DNA from: Nitrosopumilus sp.
GTDB lineage: Archaea > Thermoproteota > Nitrososphaeria > Nitrososphaerales > Nitrosopumilaceae
Direction of reading: 5' to 3'
Assembly (NCBI GenBank): GCA_965197525.1
Contig: OZ240211.1
Location: forward strand, 1,440,001 to 1,504,000
DNA length: 64,000 bases
Each line of letters starts with the position of its first letter. Position 1 is the first letter of the stretch. Below, piece after piece: positions 44,251 to 54,767 of this stretch. The notes under the pieces were generated by a model. That model was not told the DNA's origin and made no database searches. It saw only the letters and a list, made by a program, of their open reading frames with translations. Position numbers and translations under genes: made by a program.

Positions 44251-45903
44251 ATGGCATCGATTCAACAAGGACCAAATGGGCCTGTACTTGTCCTCAAAGA
44301 GAGCGCGTTACAACAAAAAGGTAAAGATGCTCAACAAAATAACATTGCAGCAGCAAAACTAGTTGCACAACTCGTTAGAAGCAGTCTTGGTCCTAGAGGT
44401 TTAGACAAGATGCTCGTTGATTCCTTGGGCGATGTAACTATTACAAATGATGGCGCTACAATTCTCAAAGAGATTGATGTTCAACATCCTGCAGCCAAGA
44501 TGATGGTTGAAATTTCTAAAACCGTAGACAACGAGGTTGGCGATGGTACTACCTCTTCTGTTATATTTGGCGGTGCTTTGCTAGCTAGAGCAGAAGATCT
44601 TCTCAACAAGGATGTTCACTCTTCAACTATAATTGACGGTTATCAGGCTGCAGCAGACAAAACTCTTGAAATCTATTCTGAATTAGCAAAAAAGATCCAA
44701 CATGACGACCGCGAATCACTATTACAAATCGCTACAACAAGTATGCAATCAAAATTAGTATCTGAGGATAGTGATGCCCTCTCAAAAATTGTTGTTGATG
44801 CTGTTTTAAGCATTGTAGTTAAGAATGGTGATAATTACGTAGTTGATCTAGATAATATCAAAGTAGAGAAAAAATCAGGCGGCTCAATATCTGATACTCA
44901 AATTATTAAAGGAATTGTTCTTGATAAAGAGATTGTTCACAGTGGCATGCCTACAAAGACGGAGAATGCCAAAATTGCATTAATCAACTCTGCATTAGAG
45001 ATTGAAAAGACCGAATTGAGTGCAGAGATTAGAATATCTGACCCAACACAGATGCAGATGTTCCTAGAAGAAGAGAATAGAATGTTAAAGACGATGGTTG
45101 ACAAATTACATGATGTGGGTGCCAATGTCCTGATATGTCAAAAAGGAATTGACGATATCTCTCAGCACTACCTTGCAAAGTATGGTATTATGGCAGTACG
45201 TCGTGTCAAAGAGAGCGATATGACAAAACTTGCAAAGGCTACAGGTGGACGAGTAATAAACAACCTTGATGATCTTACTGAAAATGATCTTGGTCATGCT
45301 GATTTGGCACATCAAAAGAAGGTTGAATCTGACAAGTGGGTTTTCATTGAAGGGTGCAAACATCCGCTATCAGTCACTTTGCTGATTCGTGGTGGTACAC
45401 AGCGACTAATTGATGAAGTTGACCGCTCTATTCATGATTCTTTAATGGTAGTAAAAGACGTTATTGAAACACCTGCAATTGTTGCAGGCGGCGGTGCCCC
45501 AGAAGCATATGTGGCATCTTTGCTCAAAAATTGGGCTGATAGCTTTGATGGAAGAGAGCAGTTGGCAATTAAAAAATATGCTGAAGCATTAGAGACTATA
45601 CCACTTACCATTGCTGAAAATGCCGGAATGGATCCCATTGATACAATGGCTAATCTGCGAGCAAAACAGAACCAAAACCAAAAGTGGACTGGAATTGATG
45701 CTAGAAATATGAAGATTGCAGATATGATGCCACTAGGCGTTATAGAACCAATTACAGTAAAAGAGCAGATAATCAAATCTGCTACAGAGGCTGCATGCAT
45801 GATACTGCGAATTGATGATGTAATTGCAGTATCGGGCGGTCCTGGAGGTGGCGGCGGTCCTGGTGCCGGTGGTATGCCGCCTGGCATGCCTGGAATGGGC
45901 TAG
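44251..45903 (+). CDS. ths: Thermosome (group II chaperonin) subunit
   Basis: [23 protein letters not shown] and GGG motifs; Gly/Met/Pro-rich tail. Confidence 0.97.
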   Translation: MASIQQGPNGPVLVLKESALQQKGKDAQQNNIAAAKLVAQLVRSSLGPRGLDKMLVDSLGDVTITNDGATILKEIDVQHPAAKMMVEISKTVDNEVGDGTTSSVIFGGALLARAEDLLNKDVHSSTIIDGYQAAADKTLEIYSELAKKIQHDDRESLLQIATTSMQSKLVSEDSDALSKIVVDAVLSIVVKNGDNYVVDLDNIKVEKKSGGSISDTQIIKGIVLDKEIVHSGMPTKTENAKIALINSALEIEKTELSAEIRISDPTQMQMFLEEENRMLKTMVDKLHDVGANVLICQKGIDDISQHYLAKYGIMAVRRVKESDMTKLAKATGGRVINNLDDLTENDLGHADLAHQKKVESDKWVFIEGCKHPLSVTLLIRGGTQRLIDEVDRSIHDSLMVVKDVIETPAIVAGGGAPEAYVASLLKNWADSFDGREQLAIKKYAEALETIPLTIAENAGMDPIDTMANLRAKQNQNQKWTGIDARNMKIADMMPLGVIEPITVKEQIIKSATEAACMILRIDDVIAVSGGPGGGGGPGAGGMPPGMPGMG

Positions 45904-45953
45904 TAGTAGTAGTAGTAGTAGTAATAGTAGTAGTAGTAGTAGTAGTAGTATAG
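45901..45953 (+). repeat. (TAG)n microsatellite starting at the thermosome stop codon
   Basis: (TAG)7 TAA (TAG)8 TA TAG. Confidence 0.95.
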
Positions 45954-45998
45954 TCTGATACTGTACTGGCAGTCTAACTAAACTAATTATCTATCTAG

Positions 45999-46286
45999 GT
46001 AATTGTGTAATTTTTTGACGTGATTTTTAACCTTTAAAAATAATATTTTGATCTTAGGTTATCTGAAACCACGATTACAGTGTTTAATTATGTCCAACGA
46101 CACAGTCGAAGATCACTGGAAGCATAGATATGAAAAATTAGAGCGTCAGATGAAGGAAGAGATGGCCAAGAAGACAAAAAGATAGATAAATTGGAGGAAA
46201 TGGTAAACAGGTTGGAAGGACTGCTTGCCAATGCAGTTAACCAGATAAAGACAATTACACTTGAGATGAGTCGTGCAAAAGAGGCT
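45999..46286 (+). repeat. IS66-like left end (copy 1 of a roughly 287-bp direct repeat)
   Basis: Near-identical to 55943-56227; encodes the frameshifted coiled-coil MSNDTVEDHWKHRYEKLERQ..IDKLEEMVNRLE. Confidence 0.9.
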
Positions 46287-46320
46287 GCCGCTGCTGCGGT
46301 AAATGCAAGAAATATAGTTT

Positions 46321-48009
46321 CTAATAATACTGATGCATCTGCCTCTGCTCTAACCCCTCTTGCTCAAAGTGGTTATGCGACTTGCCTCCGTCATGATGTG
46401 CATGAACTGTTCCGTCAATATGGCAATGTGTGTTATCAATCAAATCCTTGATAAACACATCATCCACGTTTAGCAGCATGTTGACAGTCTCAACTGCAGT
46501 TATCAGGACTTGCTGTTTTACAACTGCGGTCTCCATAATTTGATGGAGCGACATGTCAGACACTTTTCTTGTAGCAGCGTCTATCCCGCACCACTTGACG
46601 TTGCTATTAGACAGCGTTTGGAGTTGTGTAAATGTGTCAATTACATCCATTCCTATATTTTGGGCCAGTGTCAACGGTATCTGCTCAAGGGCGCTTGCAA
46701 ATCTTTGCATTCCGATCTGCTCCTTGCCGGGAACAGACAATGAGTGATCTTTAATCTCTTGCGCAATCAGCCATTCGACAGAGCCTGCACCGCGTACAAC
46801 AAATGGACTTTGAATAAAATTGCGTAGCACATAAAATGCGTTCAAGACATTCCTGTGGAATTCGTCAAGATAGCGCTTAGAGTTTGCCCTTAACAACAAA
46901 GTTACGGATTTTGGATTACTGTCATTGCTGCTCTCAATGAAGACCATGCTGTCACCCCCGACAGTTCTCTGATAGACATTCTTTGCAAGACCTAACTCAG
47001 CATCCGATATTTCATGTATACTCTTGCATGTTTTCGCGGCAGTTGCTTTTTCCAGCCACCACAGATCATTGTACTTTACACGACGCATCGAGATGATGCC
47101 ATGTTTTGCAAGTTTGGTTTGAACATACTCACTTACGCCCTTTCTTGACACCACTACGTTGGCTCCAGAGTCTACGATGCACCCTACTAGCGCAAGCAGG
47201 TCTGTATCCTCTTGGTCAATGAATGAGCCCATCTGGCTGGGGGAGGTAATCTCTATCTGAGATTCGGTCCTTGTCCTCATGGTCTCCAGTGGATCATTTA
47301 GCAGTAAAATTTTGGCATCAATAATGCTTTTGGGCATCGCAGAGCTGTCTATTGTCTTGTCAATGACTATGCCCCTGACTAGTTCGGTGTCAAGAATGCT
47401 ACCAAGCTTTTCCTCAATCTTTATGTCATCCACACTGATCTTTCCGTTCTGCAGATCAGCTACGCTACACACCGCATCAACGATGGTCTCAACGATTTGT
47501 TCAGGATTATCATGCAAGTCAAATATTGCTTTTCCTCCAAGACACGTAACTAGCAGACGCCTCATCATTTCCCTGTCTGTCCGGTTTGCCACCGTCTTAA
47601 TTTTTTCCAATACATTCAGGGCATATTCAAGGCTTTGCTCGTATGACTTTACAATTGCGGCTACAGGAAATTGCATTTTTAACAGCGTCTCGGCTTGGCC
47701 GATCAGACTACCTATCAGGACAGATGCGGATGTCGTGCCATCTCCAACATGGGTGTCAACGATATTTACAGCGTCCACAACAGACTTGCCTGCGGGATGA
47801 AGAACATCTGTCTTTCTTAAAAATGCACCGCCGTGGCCTGTTATCGTCTCTTCCCCAAGTATGTCAATATACATTTTTTCCATGCCGCGCGGCCCCAGAG
47901 ACGTCTTTATGATATCAGTGACAAGTCTTCCTGACATCAGGTTGTATTTTTGTGAGTCCTGCAGTCCAACACGTGAAATATCACCATCGAGAAGATCAGG
48001 ATATTTCAT
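46321..48009 (-). CDS. Divergent thermosome-like chaperonin with His-rich C-terminal tail
   Basis: TSLGPRGMEKM, GDGTTS and IDKTI motifs; ends HCHIDGTVHAHHDGGKSHNHF..MHQYY. Confidence 0.9.
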   Translation of the reverse strand: MKYPDLLDGDISRVGLQDSQKYNLMSGRLVTDIIKTSLGPRGMEKMYIDILGEETITGHGGAFLRKTDVLHPAGKSVVDAVNIVDTHVGDGTTSASVLIGSLIGQAETLLKMQFPVAAIVKSYEQSLEYALNVLEKIKTVANRTDREMMRRLLVTCLGGKAIFDLHDNPEQIVETIVDAVCSVADLQNGKISVDDIKIEEKLGSILDTELVRGIVIDKTIDSSAMPKSIIDAKILLLNDPLETMRTRTESQIEITSPSQMGSFIDQEDTDLLALVGCIVDSGANVVVSRKGVSEYVQTKLAKHGIISMRRVKYNDLWWLEKATAAKTCKSIHEISDAELGLAKNVYQRTVGGDSMVFIESSNDSNPKSVTLLLRANSKRYLDEFHRNVLNAFYVLRNFIQSPFVVRGAGSVEWLIAQEIKDHSLSVPGKEQIGMQRFASALEQIPLTLAQNIGMDVIDTFTQLQTLSNSNVKWCGIDAATRKVSDMSLHQIMETAVVKQQVLITAVETVNMLLNVDDVFIKDLIDNTHCHIDGTVHAHHDGGKSHNHFEQEGLEQRQMHQYY

Positions 48010-48192
48010 TTAACTTTCCAGAGCATATGTAGTATTAAAACATAGCAGCTGTTGGCGTCATCTAAAAAATTATAATTCATGCATAACTAAAAACTTTATA
48101 AAAATTATCTTCATTTTTTCAGGTTGCATACAGGTACAAAATGTATTTGACAAAAAAGACACACAAACAATTTTGTTGGCAGGCAGATGATC

Positions 48193-49782
48193 TCAAAGTT
48201 TGCTGTCACTCGTTATGACATCGTCAGGTCCCGGAGTGTCGGGCGTGCTAGATGCTGTAAGTCCGGAACCGTCATTCTCCTTGAAATGCTTCAGATCCTC
48301 TCCTGTGATTACGTCCTCTTCTGGAGGCACATAATCCCGTATATCGTGTCTTGCCTTTCCTGGGTACTTGTCTTGTGTCACAAGTGCTACAATCACAAAT
48401 AGCGCAATCCCGATGGCAGGTGCTATCATGGCCTCTATTCCCGCCAGCTCCTCAGGCGTGATAAAGAACATAATCAGCCTGACGGCCGAGCCTGTGATAA
48501 GGCACGCCATGGCAGCAGGCATGTTTGCCTTTTTCCAGAACAGGCCAAACGTTAGCGGTCCAAACGCTCCTGCAAGCACAATGTCAAATGCCAGTACAAG
48601 ATAAATTCCAGGGGCCGGTGCAAGATATCCGATGGTTGTCCCAGCTATCATCATCGGCACAAGTACGATACGGGTAACATTGAGCAGTTTGCGATCGCTC
48701 CAGTTTGCCTGCCCCATCCATCGTCGCCGAATTATTCTTTGCGTCAAGTTTCTTGATATGACACTTGATATTGCCAGCAGCCCTCCACTGGCAGTAGACA
48801 TGGACGCGCCGATAACTCCCATCAGTATGGCCGCCCCTATTGCAAACGGTAAGAACTGTGTGGATAGTATAGGAAGCGCCAGCGCCGGATCGGTGTCACC
48901 TGGCAGGAAATAGAATGCCACTATTCCTAACATACTTGTTGGAATTATCGTAAACATTGTCAGCATGCCTCCCATGAATGCTCCTCTTTGGGCAGTCTTG
49001 GGATTTTTGGCAGAGAATACACGTTCCATAAAGTCAAGTGCAATGATATCCCCTAGCCCCAATGCAAGAAGGGCACCCCAGTTGATTAACGCACCGTTTG
49101 CAATATCATACAGTCCTGAAAGATCTAGGAACTCTGGCGGAGCTGCACTGTATATGATGTCCCATGGAACTTCTGAAAAACCGCCAAAGAAGAATAGGAA
49201 TGCGGCCCAAAACGATCCTATGGCAAGATATACCTGAAATAGATTGGTATAAGCTGATGCAAACAGTCCGCCTGCAATTGTGTAGGCAACTATTACACTA
49301 GCTGCAATCGTTATTCCCCAAAAGTAATCTATGCCAAAAACAACCTGTAGGATAAATCCACTGGCAGCCAGATTACCTGCAACAAGAATGAGAAAGCCGA
49401 TGATCAGGAGAATGCTGGAGATTCCTTCAGCGCCGTTGCCGAATCTTCTGAAATAAAAATCAGGTAGCGTAATCATCGACATCTTGTTCAGGGGCTTGGC
49501 ATAAAATATGGCCACTATAAACAGACACACTCCAAGACCTAGTGGAACAACTGCCCCTGCCCAAAATCCAAACTCAAAGACCAGTGCGATATTTCCAAGC
49601 GACGAGTTCCCGTCTACTGCCTGAGCTGCAAGCATTGTTCCCACCATAAATAAAGGCAGACTTTTTCCTGCAACTATCAGTCTCTTGCCGCTATGTCTGA
49701 CTAGCCTGCCTGCAAATACTCCAACTACAAGTGTAATAATTATAAAAGCTGCAACTGCGATACCAAAACCGTCCAGTTCCAT
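48193..49782 (-). CDS. Sodium:solute symporter (SSS) family transporter
   Basis: About 13 hydrophobic segments; AGKSLP, TLPDF..RFG, YTIAGGLFA..YT, ERVFSAK and SMSTASG motifs. Confidence 0.9.
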   Translation of the reverse strand: MELDGFGIAVAAFIIITLVVGVFAGRLVRHSGKRLIVAGKSLPLFMVGTMLAAQAVDGNSSLGNIALVFEFGFWAGAVVPLGLGVCLFIVAIFYAKPLNKMSMITLPDFYFRRFGNGAEGISSILLIIGFLILVAGNLAASGFILQVVFGIDYFWGITIAASVIVAYTIAGGLFASAYTNLFQVYLAIGSFWAAFLFFFGGFSEVPWDIIYSAAPPEFLDLSGLYDIANGALINWGALLALGLGDIIALDFMERVFSAKNPKTAQRGAFMGGMLTMFTIIPTSMLGIVAFYFLPGDTDPALALPILSTQFLPFAIGAAILMGVIGASMSTASGGLLAISSVISRNLTQRIIRRRWMGQANWSDRKLLNVTRIVLVPMMIAGTTIGYLAPAPGIYLVLAFDIVLAGAFGPLTFGLFWKKANMPAAMACLITGSAVRLIMFFITPEELAGIEAMIAPAIGIALFVIVALVTQDKYPGKARHDIRDYVPPEEDVITGEDLKHFKENDGSGLTASSTPDTPGPDDVITSDSKL

Positions 49783-50142
49783 AATTATACATGTTGAAAA
49801 AATTATATAAATATGCGATTTTGACTGTAAAATACGTTTTATACTCTAAAAAACAATACGTATAATACATTTTTTGTTAAAATTCATGTAAATTTTACAA
49901 TATAAAGAAATTTGGATAATGGTTACGACAAGTTCAAACGCGGTTTAATGGCAAAAAAAAATAGATGTGTTTTTGAGAAATGTGTAGTATAATGATGATG
50001 CAATAAGAATGCAGTTTACATATAAGAAAACAATTCGGAGAGATAGCGGCAAAAGAAATTACCAAGCTTGTTTAAAAGATAAGACAGCTATGCTCTGCAA
50101 TCCAATTCAAAATTTTATTAGTTTGGCACTGTTAAAAACGGC

Positions 50143-50316
50143 ATGGACAAGCAATACGCTTTTGCAGTCATACTAATCATCATTGGAGTTGGGTTAAGCC
50201 AGTCCGGAACAGGCGATTCTTTTTTTATAGGTCTTGGTGTTGGAACTGTAATAATGGGTTCGTTTTGGGTATTGATCAGAATAATAAAAGAGATCAAAAA
50301 GAAAGAGCAAAAATAA
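50143..50316 (+). CDS. Small two-helix membrane protein (57 aa), not in the ORF track
   Basis: MDKQYAFAVILIIIGVGLSQSGTGDSFFIGLGVGTVIMGSFWVLIRIIKEIKKKEQK*. Confidence 0.65.
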   Translation: MDKQYAFAVILIIIGVGLSQSGTGDSFFIGLGVGTVIMGSFWVLIRIIKEIKKKEQK

Positions 50317-50358
50317 AAACAGATCGTGAAAAAAATATAAACTATAATCTGTGAATTA

Positions 50359-50886
50359 ATGCAAATGCCTGCAAAAGGATATGCCACAATTGGTTTGAAA
50401 CCTGCAATTCTAAAAAAGCTGCACGAAGTGACAGACAAAAGCTATCCTGGAATGTTCCTGCCCAGCACACTAATTATCATGATGAATGAGATCAAGAACG
50501 GGTCATACTCTGTAGAGTTGCACAACATTAGACTGGATTTGTCAGGTCACTACAACACTATAACCATCAGATTGGATGTGCAACAATGGCTAGAAGAAAA
50601 TCACAAGAAGTTGAGTGCAGAGTATGAGGAGAGATACAGGATAAAATCTTTTACAAAATTCGTGAGCTACTTTATTATCAACGCACTTGAGTCAAAGCTT
50701 AACAGTCAAAACCACACCATCAACCTAAAAGAGTCAGACTACGAATGGCTGCAAAAAGAGTACAATAAACACAAGGAAGGCATTACCGACTTTCAAGAGG
50801 TTCCAAGCTTTGACAAGTTTGCGGACATTTACATTAATAATTTGTTTGAGAAGATCAAGGCTGCAAAAAAGATCTTGACGATATAA
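50359..50886 (+). CDS. Hypothetical protein, possibly DNA-binding
   Basis: 175 aa with three similar short segments (YATIGLK, YNTITIR, NHTINLK), each followed by a helix. Confidence 0.65.
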   Translation: MQMPAKGYATIGLKPAILKKLHEVTDKSYPGMFLPSTLIIMMNEIKNGSYSVELHNIRLDLSGHYNTITIRLDVQQWLEENHKKLSAEYEERYRIKSFTKFVSYFIINALESKLNSQNHTINLKESDYEWLQKEYNKHKEGITDFQEVPSFDKFADIYINNLFEKIKAAKKILTI

Positions 50887-51258
50887 GATGTCTGATTCAG
50901 CTGGTGGTTGCAAAGACGCCAAACACAACAAAGACTGATCCGCCAAAACGCCGCCATTATTTTTTTTTTAAGAAAACCAGGGGATAAGGTACAAAAAGAC
51001 AGATGATAGATGTACAGATAGGCACAAATATCTGAAAATTTGCTAAAAAGACTGCTTGTACGCAGTAGCCAGATATATGAAAACTGTTTTCAGGACATAG
51101 TGATACCCAAACAACAAGTTTTTCAAGCAATGTCAAGTTTCAGGGTCACGTTTGATTAGATCTAAGAAGACATATGACGATTCATAGATACCAAAAATCT
51201 ACATGTGATGTTTGCGGTAACACATAGTTATGACGAGTCAAACTCCAAATAAGAAAAA

Positions 51259-51531
51259 TTAGAGTGGAACCATTGTATCAATCAATCGTGCGTTAGTGAC
51301 TTGTCCATCTTTTTCCTGCATCTCAAGGTCTACCGTATATTTTAGAGAGTTCAGCATGAAATTAACCTGAATGTCCCATGCCTCTCTAGTTCCTTTTTCA
51401 GGTACTGCAAACGTCTCGTTGACTCTAAAGTCACTTACGTCTCCATACAATGCATTGATCACTCTTTTGGATTCTCGATATATGTCGTCATTCGTACTTA
51501 CTTTTTGCATGGTTATACTACATATACTCAA
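51259..51531 (-). CDS. Small hypothetical protein
   Basis: About 83-90 aa; likely start ATG 51510 (MQKVSTNDDIYRES). Confidence 0.65.
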   Translation of the reverse strand: MSICSITMQKVSTNDDIYRESKRVINALYGDVSDFRVNETFAVPEKGTREAWDIQVNFMLNSLKYTVDLEMQEKDGQVTNARLIDTMVPL

Positions 51532-51879
51532 ATATAAAAATATTATAAGATGGAAGATGACTGAAATTTTTCAGTGTCTCCACATGCAAGAGATCAGATA
51601 TATTAATAACGCCTTTGAGGCTGCGATCAGCCAACACACGGCAGACGGTTTTGAGAGTCTTTTTTTTTGCAGTGCGCAGATATAACCTCACTGAGAACTT
51701 TAATGCCTATGCAAGATAATCTTTAACAGTATGACAAGTTTTATCAAAGATTTTTTTTTTTTGAGATTTGGGACAAGGCAAGATCTGCTTTGCATTGTTG
51801 CCGTCATTTATCTGAGAATGTCCACGGTATGCAGGTGTGTGGACAAAATAAATTGTTTGTATATCTCTTGCAGTAAGAT

Positions 51880-53133
51880 CTATAGGCCGCCAAATTTTTT
51901 TGAAAGCGGCACGCGGTTTATTTTTGCCAATTCTGCCTCAGCCTTATATTTATGATAAAGCGCAGTTTGGTTTTCAGGATCAATTGCAAGGGCCTTGTCA
52001 TACCATTTCAGAGACAGATCGTATTTTTCGAGTCGCAAGAACAGTTTTCCTTTGTAGCTTAGTGCGTATACATAATTTGGGTTAATTGCAAGGGCCTTGT
52101 CGCAGTACTCTAGTGCCTCAGTGTATTTTTTAGAATGCTCCAACAGCCATACCATGCTACACAACGCAGTAATATTTTGAGGCTCGATATCAAGTGCACG
52201 CTGACAATAAAATCTTGCAGCAGCAAAGTGCTTCATCGAAAACAGCGATACACCCTTGCTGTAAAGTGCCCGTGTGTTAGTTGAGTCATACTCTAGAACT
52301 TTATCAAAACATTTCGCGGCTTTTTTGTAAAGTCCCGTCCTGTCCAGAACCAGACCCTTGTTTATCCATGCATCAGTGCATCGAGGGTCAATCTCCAAAG
52401 CCCTGTCATAAAATACAAAGATCTCCTTGTTTGAGAATCCAGCAAAATCAAGTATCCATCCTTTGGCCACAAGCGCCTTTGTATTTTTGTTGTTTATCTC
52501 AAGAGCTTTGGTATAGAATTTTATTGCATCCTTGTGTTTTTTCTGTTTTGTGAGTTTTTGTCCTTGTTCATAGAGTTTATCAGATTGCGCGGAATCCTCT
52601 GCGATGGCACGGTTTAAAAACAATATTGATTCAGAACTCCTATCTAGCTTTCCCAATATCATGCTCTTGTTGTAAAGTGCAGAAGCGTTGTTTGGATTAG
52701 ATGACAAAATCCGTTCGGTTATTTCAAGTGCCTTGTCGTATTGGCCCAACTTGTAAAAGCACAGTCCCATCAATATCAACGAATCAGTGTATGTACAGTC
52801 AATATCAAGCGATCTCTGAAAGCAGCGTATGGCCTTGTCGTACTGTTTCGTCTTTTCAAGCGCAACCCCTTTGGCGTACAAGGTATCTATGCTTTTTGGA
52901 TCAGATGACAAAATGTGATCAAAGCATACTATGGCCTTTTGAAACTTTTCCATTTTATTGAGCGTTATGCCTTTGTGGAGATATGCCGTATGGTTGTCAG
53001 GATCAACGGAGATGGATTTGTCAAACTTTGAGACAGCCTTTTTGTAGTCATTGTAATAGATGGCAGTCAATCCCTGATTCAAGAAATACCACGAGTTCTT
53101 TGAATTTTTTAACAGCATGATTACTTGACGCAA
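51880..53133 (-). CDS. Tetratricopeptide repeat protein
   Basis: About 11 34-aa repeats of the A..NKG..L...Y..A..CFD.AL.IDP type. Confidence 0.92.
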   Translation of the reverse strand: MRQVIMLLKNSKNSWYFLNQGLTAIYYNDYKKAVSKFDKSISVDPDNHTAYLHKGITLNKMEKFQKAIVCFDHILSSDPKSIDTLYAKGVALEKTKQYDKAIRCFQRSLDIDCTYTDSLILMGLCFYKLGQYDKALEITERILSSNPNNASALYNKSMILGKLDRSSESILFLNRAIAEDSAQSDKLYEQGQKLTKQKKHKDAIKFYTKALEINNKNTKALVAKGWILDFAGFSNKEIFVFYDRALEIDPRCTDAWINKGLVLDRTGLYKKAAKCFDKVLEYDSTNTRALYSKGVSLFSMKHFAAARFYCQRALDIEPQNITALCSMVWLLEHSKKYTEALEYCDKALAINPNYVYALSYKGKLFLRLEKYDLSLKWYDKALAIDPENQTALYHKYKAEAELAKINRVPLSKKFGGL

Positions 53134-53535
53134 GTGATATTTTTATCTTTGAATCGTATATTACGGATATGGTCTCGTTCTTGACGGTTTTTACTTGATG
53201 CGGGAAAGATATGCACATGACATAATCTAATTTGAGGACAGGAGGTTGAGAGTATGCACGGTATAGATTTTTCAGACAACAAGAGCTGTCATCTAGGGCG
53301 TTGCAGGTGTTTTTGATCAGATGAAAAATGGTACGCGTTCAGGTTGTCTGAGAAAACTTTGCAGTTTAGGCGGTGTGGCATGCTTTGAGAACATTTCTAG
53401 TCTTCCCAGGCACAGTGCAAACACGTGCAAAAAACGCAATATAGGAAGTATTTTGAAAATTTTGCAGTTTAAATGCAAAACCAAAGCCTACTTGGAAGAA
53501 CGGTCTGTTTTCCAGGCAAAGGTAAAGATACAGCC

Positions 53536-54294
53536 CTAGTTCAATAAAAACAGGTCGGATTTCAGCCCAACTGTAAATATGATGTTTATTCCGACAACCA
53601 GCGTTACACCAGCTATGGCGTATCTGACATACTTGGCGGCAAGATGAATTTTTGGCAGCAATAACATAAATGAGATTCCCAAAACACCACTGGCAAGGGA
53701 CATGCCAACTATGCTGCCAATACCAAACAGGACTAGGAAGTAAACCACAATGTCAAAACTACCCATTGTGGATGCAGCAAGCGCTACAATACTGCCGCTT
53801 CCTGCAAGGCCGTGAATGCAACCTATTATGTATGACTTGTGGCCGTGCTTGTGATCCGTATTGTGCGTGTGGGGATGGGTGTGAGAGATTCCGTTTGGAT
53901 GCTTGTGTGAATGTGTATGTTTTTGCCTTAGAATGCTTTTGTTAGCGGCTGTCATAACCCCCAAAAATATCAGCATAGAACCCACTATAACTTCCGCACT
54001 CAAAAAGAAAGTGTCAGATATACTCAATGAGAGACCTGCAATCAGCAGGCCGATCAATACGATGCTGGATGTATGCCCCATTCCCCACAGCATGCCTTTG
54101 AAGGAAGAGAAGACTGTCAGGATTTTTAGATTCGTTTTTTTCGAGGTACGGTTGTTGTTATCGTTTAGAACCTGTGTAGAGACCGCACTGATATGATCAG
54201 GCTCAAAAGCATGTACCAGTCCGATCACAAGACCTGCAACGAGTATCAAGAAAGGATTGTTTGCTTGTAATATTTCAATCAACACATCAATCAT
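53536..54294 (-). CDS. Ni/Co permease, UreH/RcnA/HupN-like
   Basis: GLVHAFEPDH, WGMGH and IHGLAGSG motifs; His-rich loop HTHSHKHPNGISHTHPHTHNTDHKHGH. Confidence 0.85.
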   Translation of the reverse strand: MIDVLIEILQANNPFLILVAGLVIGLVHAFEPDHISAVSTQVLNDNNNRTSKKTNLKILTVFSSFKGMLWGMGHTSSIVLIGLLIAGLSLSISDTFFLSAEVIVGSMLIFLGVMTAANKSILRQKHTHSHKHPNGISHTHPHTHNTDHKHGHKSYIIGCIHGLAGSGSIVALAASTMGSFDIVVYFLVLFGIGSIVGMSLASGVLGISFMLLLPKIHLAAKYVRYAIAGVTLVVGINIIFTVGLKSDLFLLN

Positions 54295-54767
54295 TACAAG
54301 GTACCCCCGGACGGCGGTTCTGATTGAATGAAGGGATATTCGTTGATATGGATGGGTGCTGTGACCAAAATTGTCTTGACATGATCGTTGTAATGAGCAT
54401 CAATATTGTTGCCATCACCATCACCATCACCATCATCAGATACAGCACCTGCATCATTTGCAATAATCGTAAAGGTCAGCTCCCTTAGGCTCTCAGGAAC
54501 GCCAATCATGACTTGATGCGGCAACAGAATCTTTGGAATATGGTTTTGGATTTCATCGACTGCCTTGCCTTCATTCAGTGAGAGTATAACATATGCAACA
54601 AACAGTTCCAAGACTTGGTCTACGTTTAGCCTCATATTATTTAGAAGACTGTCTTTGATCTGCTGAACAGATGCTAGAAATATCGATTCATCAGACGCGT
54701 CATAATGAAATACCCTGATAAACGACTCGGTGTCCGGATCTCCTTGTACGGAGACTTTGATCTCCAT
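54294..54767 (-). CDS. Urease gamma-subunit-like protein (divergent)
   Basis: MRLNVDQVLEL..SLNEGKAVDEI..ILLPHQVMIGVPESLRELTF resembles UreA 'LN.PE..DGKSV.ELM..VMEGVPEM'; start and stop overlap both neighbours. Confidence 0.6.
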   Translation of the reverse strand: MEIKVSVQGDPDTESFIRVFHYDASDESIFLASVQQIKDSLLNNMRLNVDQVLELFVAYVILSLNEGKAVDEIQNHIPKILLPHQVMIGVPESLRELTFTIIANDAGAVSDDGDGDGDGNNIDAHYNDHVKTILVTAPIHINEYPFIQSEPPSGGTL

